From Paramecium tetraurelia (Eukaryota): DNA of 57,885 bases. The notes under the pieces were generated by a model. That model was not told the DNA's origin and made no database searches. It was given only the letters and a program-made list of their open reading frames with translations. Location: positions 682,001 to 739,885 of the forward strand of contig CT868660.1 of NCBI GenBank assembly GCA_000165425.1. The letters are read 5' to 3'. Positions 13,645 through 27,701 of this stretch are shown here, in pieces; position 1 is the first letter of the stretch; the number at the start of each line of letters is the position of its first letter. The position numbers and the translations under genes are program-made.

Positions 13645-14823
13645 ATGGGAAATCTGTAAACATTAATAAATTATCATTCGCCATTATCGTATATTTAAGA
13701 CTTAAATGAATAAATATAAGATTGTGGAATGGTAAATCATCCTGGGCTTGGACCAATTTAATTATGGAAAATTAAGCAATCAAATTCGCCTATGATGTTT
13801 TCATATGTAAATTACCTTTATCATAAAAATTAGCATGTGCATCTGTATAAAAATGATTCCCATCTCTTTGATTTTCATAGAAGTCGTTGTTAAATGAAAC
13901 ATCCAAACCTTTTAGCATATTTTGCATGTACAACCTCAATGGCTTAAAATATTGGAAATGTTTAATCATTATAACTCTTTTTTGCTTATTACGATAAAAA
14001 TTTAAAATAGAAATTGCTCTAATACGAGACTGTGCCCGAAATTGAAATTTGGAATGTAAATAAAAAATATTTTGAAGATAGTCGAATAAATTGTTAGTGC
14101 ATTGGCTTATTTATAAGGATTGAACAGGTTTCATGGTAATTTGACTACCGAATCAATACTTATTAATGAGAAAGATTAAATTAAAATATTGGATTAACTT
14201 GAGTAGAAACCAAATGGATAATAGATAAAAAAGGATGTATTCGATCTAGGATTAGTAATAATGGAGATGCTTACCGGTAGAGGTAAATGAATAAATATGC
14301 TAAAGCAAATCAACTTAACTTTTTTGATTCATTAAAGCCCTTGGCGGGAATCTATTCGATTCAATTATTGCAATTAGTAGGTAAGATGCTATAGAGAGAT
14401 GCCTTACATAGACCTGATTTTATTTAACTTCAAGAAATTATTAAAAATAGATTTAAAGAACCCATAATCCTACACAATCCTTGCTAGAATTAGAGTGAGC
14501 CAGCATTTGTACAAATCATCAATTGCGCTTAAAGATTGTAAAGTAGGAATTAGGAGTAAAGAGTAATCACTTAACCTGGGGGATAATTTCAGCCGTCAAC
14601 CCATCCTAGAATATCTAAAAATTCATCACAAAGTAATTTATAAAATATTACTGTCCCTTTGCATCCAATTAATGGAACTCAGTAAAATCATAGCATTGTT
14701 TCCTATTACCAATATTTTTCTCCCGTTAAGCAATTATCAAGAGTTGATAAACTCTCTACTCCCGATAGATTAACATCTTATCAAAGTGGAATTTAGCAAA
14801 CTTCAGCTGTATGGTAAATTTGA
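13645..14823 (+). CDS. Divergent kinase-fold protein (probable pseudokinase) with MGN N-terminus
   Basis: MGNLQTL..; KHPNLLAY, EIEIW..IVSALAYL, FHGNLTTESILI, IKILDQ, KDVFDLGLVIMEMLTG, RPDF. No recognisable HRD or DFG. TGA 14821-14823. Confidence 0.75.
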
Positions 14824-14989
14824 GTTAAAATAAAGATATTATATTCTTGTTAATTTTCATGATTTAGATCCCAATTATTATCAGTTTTTAATTTAATTAT
14901 AGTAAATATGATTCATTGATAGAAGGTTAAAGAAAAACTGATTCTAAAATGAAGATCCTCTGATTAGATATGATATAAAATTGAATAAT

Positions 14990-15680
14990 TGATATGATTT
15001 TAATAAACCTCATTTTCCATGTAATCCAAGGCATTTTTCAAATATGCACTCAAAGGCATCCAAGGCGGTTCTCTATTTCTCTAAACATTCGAATCCCTAT
15101 GATAATGAATTTTATATACAGCAGAGTAATTCAATGGGTCTCTTTCTTATACTTTCATGCATTTGTTAAGTTATTTCACGCAGCCAGATGAGTTGTCACA
15201 AGCTTCAAATTCCTCCTTGCATGTTCCTTATAAACATTAGAGCACAACATCAGGCTAATGGTGTCTTTTAGCTAAGGCTATTAAGATAATTGCTAAGAAC
15301 AACAAATATTTCATGATGAAAAAATTTAGATAATTTTAATATTGTTTTAATTATGAAGATAATTCGTGTAATGAATAGTAAAAAGTAAATAATAATATTA
15401 TAATAACCATAAGCATTTTTAAAAACTTGAAAGATGAAAAAGCAGAACAAAATTATGAATATTGAAGATGAAATCAAAAATAAAGACAATTTAAGTCTTA
15501 TACAAGAAAATTTATGAATAAAGCAGGGGAGAATAATAATGTGACAATTTATTGTCATATGAAGTTGCAATTTAAAATGAGTTAAATAAATAGATTTAAA
15601 TTTCATTCAAATTGAACAAAATAATATTTTCTATTGAATTGAGAATTAAGCAGCATCCTATGATAGAATTCAAATAATTT
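14990..15680 (+). pseudogene. Degenerate coding-like sequence
   Basis: Coding-like composition, but every frame I tried hits TGA within about 100 codons. No family recognised. Confidence 0.3.
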
Positions 15681-15885
15681 ATCTTAATTCAGAATTTATA
15701 ATATAAATTTCTTATTCTAAGTATAAAATTAATTTTTTGTATAAATAGTTCATTTTTTTAATACATCTCGTTTTATGTTTGTAGTTTATTTCGTTTAAAT
15801 TTTAGTTATATTATTTGAAGATATTTGGAAATAGTTTGAAGATTTACTTATTGAACTTATTATAAAATATTTTATAATTAATATT

Positions 15886-18800
15886 ATGAACTAAAAGTAG
15901 AAATAAACCCTTTTAAACTATTTTTGCTAATGCAGCAACGATAAAATAAATGTTATCTCTTAAATTAGGGATTTTCGAAACAATGATATGGTGAATGTTG
16001 TTGCCAGAGCCAATCTAGCTTAATAGTTAATCTTATTTTAATAAGACATACATGAAGCATATGAATTATTAATTGATTTAATAGGACTTGAATCATAAAA
16101 TGTAAAATGTGTTATGCATACTGCAGCAATAAACTTTCAAGTCTTTGAAATTCTAGGTATTTAAAAGTAATGCCAACTCTTAATTGACATAGCAAATAAT
16201 TATCAAATACCAGATTGTGCAGTTCATCTATTTTTCACATAACCATATTAAGATTAAATGAAAGACACAGCTCAGATAAAGAATTAAAGAATTAGGTATT
16301 TGTGTAGATGTTATTTGGCATTGATATTGGAATTTCCTGATTCAGAAATTGGACCTATGAATGAAATTTTAAAATTTACCCGCTTTTTTGTTATGGATTC
16401 AAAAATAGTTATAAATGATGATGTTATCTTCTTTTTAAGAAGTGAATTCAACCGTCTTTAGAAATCAGAACTGCACGAACTTGGATTTTCTCAATATAGT
16501 AAGCGAAACACACTTAATTTAATAAAGAAAAAAGAATTTTCACAGATTGATAAAAAAATAATTAATCATTTTACTGTTGAAATAACAGTGTATAAATTGA
16601 TTGCCTCTAACTTTTAATTGAGTTTTATCAGTTCAATTTAAATAATTCGGTTTAATATGTAATTACTGAACTTACTCTACAAGTATAATAGTGACACAGA
16701 TCTCTCCTTTTAATATCTAGATATGGAGAATGATCCACAGTAGATTTTTCCTTATTTGCTCTAAATAATCACTTTATTAATTCAATTGAATTAAGAGAAA
16801 ATTATCGTCAAAGTCCTATCCTTGATTCACAATCTAAAATTTAGCAAGATGGAAGATATACAAAAAGTCAATGATTCAGCCAATCTGTTATTAAAGCAAT
16901 AACCAAATCAATAGATCATTGATTCCTTATTACCAGTCTTTAAGAAATACACTTAAGAAATATATCATAGATTTGCAATATTCAGTAATCAACAAATTGA
17001 CTTTTCCACTGTTTCCAAAGAACAAACTATACATAATTTAATCACTTCAATATTTATTAAACAAGACAAAGATTATTTGGCTGCCAATTTTGATAAGTTA
17101 TATGAATTAATGTGTAATGGTATTTAACTTATAGAAATTTAGTTGACTCAAGTAATCCCAGAAGAGACATTTGCGAATTCCTTGAATTAGTCTACTTATT
17201 ACAGTATCGATATGATTAGAAATTTCTTCAAACTAAGTTGACAGAATTTTTTTCTTACTCTTAGGAAGATTTGAATAGTACCCTGTTAATGATTTATCAG
17301 CAACTCGAAATAGACGTAAATATCAAGTAACCTTAAAGTCTTTCCTTTGAATATATTTCTATAATATCTAAGCTTCTACACTTAATTTTGGTCATATGTC
17401 AGAATCCAAAAAACAAAAATCTTTACATGGAATACTTCTCTATGCAGATGCAATTCATTAATAATTTTGATAAGAAGTTGCCCAAGGAGTCTGATTACAA
17501 GAATAAAGGCAAAATCTTGAATTGTCCTCTTAGCAATGAAATAGCTGACGTCAAAAAAGCAAAGGCACTTCTCTTGAACTTAGCCTTAATAGAGAGAGTT
17601 TATAAACTACACAAAATAGACAGCCATTAAATTTTATTATTGAAACTATCTATTTTGTCATATCATGAAAGTGTGCCAGAATACTTGCTTTTACAACTAT
17701 CCAAATCTTCACAACATTTTAAAGAACTAAAGAAATAATATCCTAATGCACCTACAATAAAGGAAGTCAACTTTTATTCTAAAATTGAGAAGTTAAAAAA
17801 GAATTTTGGTTCTGAAATAAAATTGAAATCTTTGTAAGGAGTGCCAACACTAAATAAATTTTTGAAGCATGCTCAGAAACTATTACTCTAAAAACAAGTC
17901 AGTATAATTACAAGGGTGCAAATATTGGAACAACTAATGCCCCAGCTTACTAGTTCTTTATTTGAGTTTTAAGAAAAACCAAAATATCAAGATGAATTAT
18001 TTTAATAATCAGATATTCACATTTTTAAAATAGAACATAAAGAGTTTATTTCATTTTATTTGGGTAATGGTGAATTGTGCACTCCAGCCTTATTTATAAA
18101 CTATAGAGCAGAAGCTATTTATGTTTATTTACAAATATGTTACAAGCTTTTAAAATTTTTAAAATATTTAGGGTTTTATAAAACTATTAATACGATATCG
18201 AATTCTATCATTTTATTCTCACAAAGGGCGTTAGGAATTGCTGTTTTAGTCAACATATATTCACAAATACCTTGGTAAATTGAAACCTAGTAATGGTAAT
18301 AGATAACAGATGGAGTGTGTAATGTCGTGAAATATTTGAATAAAAAGCATGATTACGCATAAGCTACTAGTGAGAATACAAGACAATCCTTGTATCGTTA
18401 AAGAAGAAGTCAATGGGCTAAGTTAAAAGAATCTCATGCTAAGTTAGTATAATGTTTTGATGAGAACAATTTATTGAAGGGAAAATTCTATCGGGCCTTT
18501 TTTAATTTTACATTAGAATATCTATGTTTATTGAACCATTCAAATCCCTATTTGTACGAAAAATTACTGTTAAAGTAAACAAGATCATTTGAGTTGAAAA
18601 CAAATTGCATAATCTTAAAGTAATTATTTAGATGTACAGATGCTAAATAATATTGTTTTTTGGTGGATGAAAATTGTAGACACGAATTAGTTTTGGATTA
18701 AGTCATATTATAATAGATAATTCCTGTTCTTGTTTTGGGATTATGTGAGTAACAAATTAATTAAAATGTATGCAATTATGGATATTAGATGTTTCTTTTT

Positions 18801-20123
18801 ATACAAAATCAACTAGCATAATCTCTTCATTCTAATATCGATCAATCTAAATTGTATATGTATTTATATCTAAGATTAAAAGAATTTCTGGCTGACTTTC
18901 AACCTTAATTCATCAAATAAATACAATGTAAATGTCCACAATAGAAAAAATATGATAAAAATAAATTTGAGTTTGATTTGATTGCAACTTTGGCTTCCTT
19001 TTAGATGAACCAGAAGAGAATACTTTTACAATAAGAAGATATCTCTATTATGAAATGTGAAAATCTAAGTAGAACATCTGAGTTAGCAAGTATAATTGAT
19101 ATTTCAATTAAAAGAGACATTGTAGTGATCAATTTTTTTGAATTTAATGGCGAAAAAATCATACTAATCTCTAAATATTGCCATGCTTCCAAATAATGTC
19201 TAAATAAGTAAGTCAATTTAATCAATAAATGTTTATAATTCAAAGATGCCTTGATGTATTATCTGAACTTAATTTAAGAAAATATTGATTGTTTGGATGA
19301 AACATCGAGTGCTCCTGGGTAATGGTGGTCAAGGAGAGATTATTATGAATAGTAATTGTTAAAAAGGTAATCCAGTATAGAGTATGCCTTATCAGAACAC
19401 ATTGACTTTATTTATAAATCTGATAGTCCTCTACTTATATTAAGTCCTTAATTGTAATTGCTCCCATGGGATCATATCAAAAATACAGTGTTCAATCGAG
19501 TGTTATCGTTAGGCCATATTTTAGATTTAACCAATTTACCTACTGACCCAAAATAAGATTTATTTTATGTCCTCAATCCAGGAAATGATTTACAAAAATC
19601 AGAAAAGAAAATACTTCCCTTATTAAAATAATATAATCTAAAAGGAATAGTTAGAGAAAAACCAAATAAAGAATTGATAGTAGAATGCTTATAAAAAAAA
19701 GACTATTATTTTTATATTGGACATGGAGGAGGCGAATAATATATTAATGAAAAGTAAGTTTTTTAAACATAAATGTATTTAAGTGGAAGACCCTATTTAT
19801 TAGGTTGTAGTAGTGCATAAATGATTGATTTAGGAAAATTCAAGGGAACTAACCTATCATTTTAAGAAATCTATTTGGATCATGTTGATTGGCATGGGTT
19901 GGCTGTCTCATATCTACTTAGAGGTTGCCCATCTCTATTCGGATCTCTTTGGCCTATTACTGATAAAGATGCAGATCAATATGCCTTAGATTTCATTAAT
20001 GAATATGGAAAAAACCAGGATCTCAAACCAGAATTAATAATTATGTAAACAAAGCCAAAATGTAATTTGAAAGTATTAAATGGAGCTGCCTTTGTGTTAT
20101 ATGGAATACATGAAATGAAATGA
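15886..20123 (+). CDS. ESP1: Separase (separin, peptidase C50)
   Basis: C-terminal QLLPWD, FYVLNPGNDL, YFYIGHGGGEQY (catalytic His), LLGCSSA (catalytic Cys), GCPSLFGSLWPITDKDADQY, LNGAAFVLYG. Long helical N-terminus with small introns near 17.24 and 17.32 kb. TGA 20121-20123. Confidence 0.93.
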
Positions 20124-20843
20124 TATTATAACTAATTTTCAGATAATTTTGTATAAGTTGTTTTTTAATTTTGTTACACATTAAATAATTGGTTTGTTTT
20201 TCTACTCTTTTAACTATTTGAATATCTGTGTTATATTTGAAATATCATTTTAATTTATGAATCTATTGATTTAGAATTAAGTGAATTTGGAATTTAATAT
20301 AAAATAATTCAAAATTGGAAAAATATATATTTAACAAGGAAATTATGAGATTTTAATAAATTTAAAGGTCTACAACAAAGTAGGTGATATGTGTCTATAT
20401 ATTTAGAGTCTAATTTTAAGGTAAAATAATCAATTCTAGGATATGTCATAATATCTAAAAACTAAAACTATTGAAAGCATAATTAAAGTATAATTTAAAG
20501 GAAGTAGTTAGTCAGACATATTAATCATTTATATTTTGATTCTTTAAAATAACCTTACAAAGAAATTAATAAGCTATTATGGGGGAAAAACTACAAAAAC
20601 CTCAAGATTTTGAATTATTAAAAAATAATCAACTAATTATTCAATATTTTTAAATTTTATAATAATTATTAATTATGAAATAACTGGCTACTTCAAAGAG
20701 TAATTCAGCAGTTTATAGGTTTTTATAAAGATTTATAGAAGATTTGTTAATAAAATAACAAGTACTCTGGAATATCTTGAAAATTAGATATTGAAAAATA
20801 ATTTAGGTGTTGGTTTAGAATATTTGATTGATATGAATCATTA

Positions 20844-22035
20844 TCAGATTTCTTCTCCAGCTGATTATCTTAAAGCTAATTATTCTCTTAAGGTTCTTAA
20901 TTCCTTGTTGACTAATCCGATGGTTTATGAAACTACATCTCTGTCAGAGGATCTTGCAGATCTGGCGTCTTAGTAATCTTAGACGGCTTCTTCACATTAG
21001 GTGAATCTATCGTTTCTGTCAGCACTGACGTTTTCAATTCTTTAGTTGGTGGTGTCGAGGGAAGCTTCAACTTAAGCAATGACATCATTCAAAGCAGCCA
21101 AATCTGATTGAGCGTTAGCAAGTGCAGTTCCGGCAACAGTGAGGGAGATGACGATGAAGTTTCTGGATTTCTTGTAGGCTTCAACTCTCTTGTCTTCAGC
21201 GAATCTCAATAAGGACAATGAGTCAGCGATCTTGGCCAACAATTCATCAGCTAAATCGATGATCTTTGAGACGGCTCCGGCATCAGCTAATTATTCAACC
21301 TTTGAGGCGATGGTGGCGAAAGCTTTGAATAATTTGCTGTATCCCTTTCTGTGTTAGAATTTGGCAGCCTTCTTAGCAGATGTGGTGAAATGCTTTTAGA
21401 TCATGCTAGCAACTTCCTTGGTGAATTTGTGAGCTGGTTATTTTGTGGCTTTTCCTTTTTGGATGAAGGATTCGTGTTCGATGTTATCAGCGAAGAGTCT
21501 TCTGGCTTCAGCGATGATGGCTGTGGCTTCTTAGTGTTCCAAGACTTTCTCTTCGAAATCGGCTTTTTCTTCAGCTCTTTAAGCATCAAGCTCATCCAAA
21601 TCCTTTTAGTATCCCTTGACTTCAGCTTATTTTTAGGCAACTAATCCTTATAAGATTCCTCTTTATGGATATAATTATCCTTCTAATCTAGCTTCTAATT
21701 CAATCTTCTTTCTGTTGGATTCAGCCAAATCCTTATCGAAAGCTTTGATGTCCTAGAAAGGTATAAGAAAAGTTTCTTACGACTGTGCATGCATCTTAGT
21801 ATTCGTGGTTTCTGGCATCGTCTTCCTTTTATTCAGCAACATATCTGTCTTCCAAATCGGTCAAGGTTTAGAGTAATCTGTCTAATGGATCTCCTGTTTA
21901 GAGTTCGAGCCAGATGGTATCGAACAATGTTCTTCCGAATGGTGATTGATCAATCTTCTTGATTGTAGCAATGACATCAGCTTATGTTGATGAGGCTAAC
22001 ACAATGAGTGCTAAGGCAAGGATTATTGTCTTCAT
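20844..22035 (-). CDS. T2: Trichocyst matrix protein precursor, T2 family
   Basis: MKTIILALALIVLASSTQADVIATIKKIDQSPFGRTLFDTIWLELQTGDPLDRLLQTLTDLEDRYVAEQKEDD...LRQSAGEEI*, recognised as the Paramecium T2 precursor. One 28-nt intron at 21753-21780. GC-richer, biased codon use typical of high expression. Confidence 0.93.
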
Positions 22036-22341
22036 TTGTAATAATATTGAAAATCAAAAAAAAGTTAGTCGTTTTTATTCCTCAATAAATGACGTCTTAT
22101 TTTATTTTAATAATGAGCTTTTGACTTATTTTAATAATACTATTTTTAATGTTTGATCATTAACTTAAACTCCAACTTCATCTAATTAGGATAATCTTAA
22201 ATTTAATCAAATTAAATAATTACGAAAAGTAATTTTATGAATGGATTCATTAATTATTGCAAATTTGTTTATAACGCTAAAAGACAATAACAAAATCTAA
22301 TTAATATGAAAAATAGAATAATAAGAGATGGATTATAAAAA

Positions 22342-23406
22342 TCAAAATAATTGAGATTCATTAGAATGCAAAACATTAAAAAAGTCATTGGGAAATCTGC
22401 TTTTAGGTACTATTGGTTTGTTTTGCTATATTTTACTAGTAATTTTTGAATATTGTATTCTGCTTTATTCATTAAATTTTTTTTTTAATTCTCCAGTTGA
22501 AAGAAAAAGCAAATCTAAAATTTTCTCTTTTGTTTGTTAACTAATTTAATTTTATTGGCTTGTGTTTTTTTGGGTATTCTTAAAATTATTTTAAATATCA
22601 TCTTCTTTAAAAAACTAAGAAAACTCATCATCACATGGCATATCTATATGATGTTTCGTTGGGAATCTTTATGATTCATTAATATATTGATGCCCAAACT
22701 GTCTTTTCAAACTTGTAGAGTTTCTGTTTTCACATATGCTGCCAATTCTATAAGGGTCATCAGGTTCAGTCTTCAAAATTGATTACTTATCTTTTGAGTA
22801 ACCTCTTTGCAATTGATATAGAATTTCTCTTGAATCATCAAAATCTCTCTTTGCCTTTTGCTTAATTGGAGAATGAACTATTTCGCTTGGTTCAGTGTTA
22901 GTTTTTTGAAAAGGTACATGATTTGATCTATTGCGAGCTTTTGCTGAATCATTTCTCAATCTTATATTGCTATGCTAACTGAAGCGAATAGTTTTTTTTG
23001 GCTAGGTGACAAGTTCACTGATGTTAGGTTCATCAGACTTAAATCTTCTTGGCGTTGGCTACCTCATTTGGATATTCAGATTTTCAAAGCTTTTAAACTT
23101 TGACAATGATTAATCACATTATTATTGAATTTGAGGCGAAGGCAGGGATGGCAAATCTACTTTATTACTTTTCAAGATTCTCAATCTATATCATAGACAT
23201 ATTTTATACTAGTTATTAGTCCTTTTTAATTAAGGAGAAGTAATAGCTTGAGTGATTATGGGAGCTGGTCTTTTAATATTTGATAATCGATTTTAACTTT
23301 TTGATTTTGATTCCTCACTTTATTATTGACTAAAGCTTTGTTTACTCGATTGATTTCTATAGGATAAGTGATTCACAGGTTTAATGAAGTATGGCTATTA
23401 CCTCAT
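22342..23406 (-). CDS. Hypothetical low-complexity (S/Q/K-rich) protein
   Basis: MRQQPYFIKPVNHLSYRNQSSKQSFSQ... ending PKSRFPNDFFNVLHSNESQLF*. TGA at 22342-22344. Confidence 0.7.
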
Positions 23407-23714
23407 ATGATTAATATAATTTTATGATTGTTAACAATATAAATGTATATTTAAAATAGGTTTCAAAATAATCAATTCGAATTCTTAAAATTACAAATCA
23501 GAATGAATGCTTTGTTAAACCTTAGGGATCATTGAATGTACTCTTGTTCTTGTTGAATAAAAAAAAAAATCTATGAGTTATTGGATCACGATTCAATATT
23601 GTATGATTTTACTTATTAATTTATATATAATATTTTAAGACTTTTACGAATAAAGTAGGTCCTCTATTATAAGATAGATAAACAATTATAATTATAATTG
23701 ATAAATACAATAAT

Positions 23715-26700
23715 TCAGAATTCTTCTTAAGAACAAACCTATTCTAAAGCTTATTTTATTTATTTAGTAAACAACTCCTTAGTAGTGCTATTCAAATAGT
23801 TATTTAAAACTATCATAGAAATTATGATACATACCTTGGTATCCTGTAGTAATCAACTCTAAAGTTTATTATGGCAATATAAGAATATTTTTGTATTCTT
23901 AAAACAATTAAACAAGTAATTGTTGAAACTAAGTTAAATCAATACACATACTTCAGTTGGATTAAATAACGAAATTGCAAACAAAATCTCACTATTAGGG
24001 GTTGAAAATTTTAAAACTTTAGGAAACGCAACAATTATTGTAAAGGCCAATGAAAAAATTGAAGTTAATAGTTGTTTGCCAGTAGAGTATATCTCTAAAG
24101 TTTTCGTCTAAATCATATCAGTATCCACTTATTCCCCAATGACTCCTTCTTGTATTAAGAATTACATCACATTGCATAGAATACTAGCAATTTAAGATAT
24201 TTGAAGTGCTTCCTCATTTATTTGGTCTTCACCTTTAAGTTATTTGAAATTTAAAATCTCTTTTAAAGTACCTTCTGATATCATTAATAAATCTAAATAA
24301 ACATCTGATCCACATCTATAAGCTAATGTCTCACTATGCTCTGAACATATCCCTTCCAAGCATTCAAACAAATACTTTTTATATTTTATTAAATTAAGAA
24401 ATAAAGGTTTATAGACTGTTATTAACTGCAATTATTTTTTGAACAAATTTAAGTATGAAGAATCTTAATAGATGACAAAAAATCCTTAATTAATTTGTTT
24501 AGAACTTGAAATCTAGCCCATCACTTTTAACAATTTAGCTGCCATCTTCAATATTTGATCCTTAACTTGCTAGCCTTATTACAAACTAGTTTGAGCTTGT
24601 AATATCAAATAATCAATGGAGGTGATAAAGAAAGCTGTAGCTTTGCCATAGATTTAATAAAGCAGAATTTGAATGTTTTCATTTGACAATCGTGTATTTC
24701 TAGTTATATTGGATTTTATTACTTATTTTTAAAGATTGCACACAAAAGAGCTGTCAATCCTAAAGAGGAATCATAGTCTTATACAAATATTTGAGTGTTA
24801 TCAGTAGACAATAGAGATGATAAATCTGGAAATCTAACTATATAATTGATATTACACAATCCTTAAGAATACTCTATATATATTATCCACTTCTAATTCA
24901 TCAACTACTCCGATCATATCCCACAAATATTTGAGCATATTTATTTTATTTGTTTCATTAGCAATAGATTTTTTTATTTATTAGTAAATATCTACCAAAG
25001 CAGGTACATAATCATCCAATTAGTCGTCAACCCAAACCAGAGAGACCAATTTATATACTTGTTTTCTTTTCTTTATATATAGAACTTCATTAAAGCATGT
25101 TAAATCCATCTATAAGAAGAATTGTTTCAACATACTACTGATAGAACTCTATCGAAAGAATCTTCTATCTAATTATCTTTTTAATCTAAAAATTTAATCA
25201 ATGAATACTTTTCATATGTATATTATAAAATAATAAAGCTATATTCCACTAAATCTGGATCATGAAATGTAAATATTTAGAAGCTTAAATTATATCAAAC
25301 ATTACCATTTTTCTAAGCAACTTTCAATAACTATCAAATAATTACATGATATTTTATTATCTTTTCCTAGAGTCATTGATCTATTATTATAAATAATTTA
25401 TTACAATTATGATTGAGATATCACTATCTTTTATGTTTCCTCATAGTACAAATTCTCTATAGTTTATGATATGTAGGTTTAAATAAAGATTAATATACTA
25501 GTGTGATATAACTTGCAAACATAATTCTATGATTTAACTTTATTGATTTTTTACATCGGCAGGGATATGAATTTTGTTTGTAAATGCAATCAAGTCGAGG
25601 ATAGCTTACAACAATATACGAGTTTAAGGATGACCCTCCTACTTGCCTTATTAAAATTGAGAATCAACTCCACTTAGTATTTCAACCTAGGCTGGACTTA
25701 ACACAAGAGCAGATATTAGACACAATAAGGCACTAAATTTTTCTTAAATTCGTATAAATTTTTACATAGTGTTATTAATTGTTCTTGTGGTTACAATGTT
25801 GAAACTTGCTAAATTCACTAATAATTAATACAATTATGGGTAGATTTTTTAATAAGTCTGAAATCACATTTACACATTCAACAGTATTCTATTGATAGAC
25901 CTAAATGCATAAGTGGAAGCTTTTGTCCAAAAATTTTTTTATTTTTTTAATAGGATAATTGGGCGGTATTTCAGAAAAAGGATTTCCATTATAAAATGCA
26001 TGAATTAATAACTTAAAACTCAAATTTACAGAGTTTTACAATAATTTAAACTGTTGTAAATATTGAGAACTGTAAATGTTAATTTAAAATAAAAATTGAT
26101 GCCAAACTTCCTATAGTTTGATGAAAACACTGTTTGTAGATAGTTTTATTCCTTGATTATTGAGAATGATATGATTCATTTTATTTAGCTAATTAACACA
26201 TTGATCAAACAAATCCTAAAATTTTCTTAATTTTTTTAAAGTAAAATTTGACTAATGAATAGCTTATAGACACTTACAACTAATCTTATAGCATAAGAGC
26301 AAACCTCATTTGAAAAATCGGTGTTATTTATGTATAATTCGTAATTATTTAAAAGATATAGTAAGCCCTCCCAAAGTGTTTTTCTAACAATCTTTTTAAA
26401 ATTGTGTTTTGAAAAAAATAAGGTTAATCTTGCAGAAGCTATCCTTTAAACAATATTTAGGATTCTAATTGAAATGCCTTAATCAAATGGATAGAATTCA
26501 ATAATCGCTCTGAAATACTCCTAATTAAGTTTTTCATCATTCAGTATATTAAAGTATGAATCAGGGAACTAAATTTGGCATGATAAATATTTACATTAAT
26601 AATCAAGTTTTCTTTAGAATCATGATCAACGTCGATTTCATAAAAACTCAGATTAAAATTAAATGTCAAGAATGAATTAAGCAACAATAATAATGAATCA

Positions 26701-27494
26701 GCATAGGACTTATCTAACTGATATATTTATAAAAACGTTCCCATTTTCAATTAAATTTAAACAAGTTTATGAGTCGATTCTAATAATCTTGATAAAGACT
26801 ATCTAAAAATATTTAATATATATTGATATCTACCTTTGAAACCCCATCATAACTTTTCTAAATTCTAGATATCCAGATGCATAATAATATTGGCGAACAC
26901 AGCTTAGTAGATTTTCAAATAATTTGCATCCTAAAGATAAAATTTGAACATTTTGAGTATAAAAGAATGTGTTAATAAGTCTTTCTACCAATTACTCTGG
27001 TGCAATTATTTCAGACCAATATTTTCTCAACATAAAGGCTAGAGCAAACAATACTGTGTTTTAAACATAATTTTGATGCTACAATCCTTTTGAAAAATAA
27101 TTTATCACTATTTCCAAGTGGTTTGTCACAATTGTAGTAAAATGTTATCTTTCATTACTAATATATTGAGCATTTTATTAACCTTTCATATTCTTCATAA
27201 CTTTATGTTTTTCTTTATTGATTCGGAAGTACATTTACAAATTTACAACCTGCACCAATTGCTTTTTGAAGTAATGTGTAAATCACAAAAGTTGTCTCTT
27301 ATTTACAATCCACCTCAATAATATTTTTCAACAATTGTATATTATTCCAATCCAATATGAATTTTCTTAAATGTTCTAAGACTTGTTGGTTTTTCTAGAT
27401 TTTATCAAATAATCGATACCGCAAAATCCCCAGCAGAATATGATTGTAAACAATAATTATGAATTGTTTATTAGAGTGCAGATGTAGTATTCAT
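23715..27494 (-). CDS. Large alpha-helical HEAT/ARM protein, probably importin-beta superfamily (exportin-4/7-like)
   Basis: About 1100-1200 codons with several tiny introns. N-terminal NYVQNTVLFALAFMLRKYW..LSLGCKLFENLL..GYLEFRKVMMGFQ..LLNSFLTFNF resembles the XPO4/XPO7 N-terminus (recall-based). TGA 23715-23717. Confidence 0.6.
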
Positions 27495-27701
27495 ATAATT
27501 AAATAATTAATATAACACAATATAGTGAATAATAGAATATCTAAAAATTTAAGGCAAATCAAAACAATCCATTATTTGATAATGTTAATGTTAATTCTTT
27601 AAATTCGAAATTAGATTATATGATCTTACAAATTGGCGGCGTTTTGTAAAATCTAAAATAATATAAATTTAATTTTTAAAAACAAATTAATAAACATTGT
27701 A

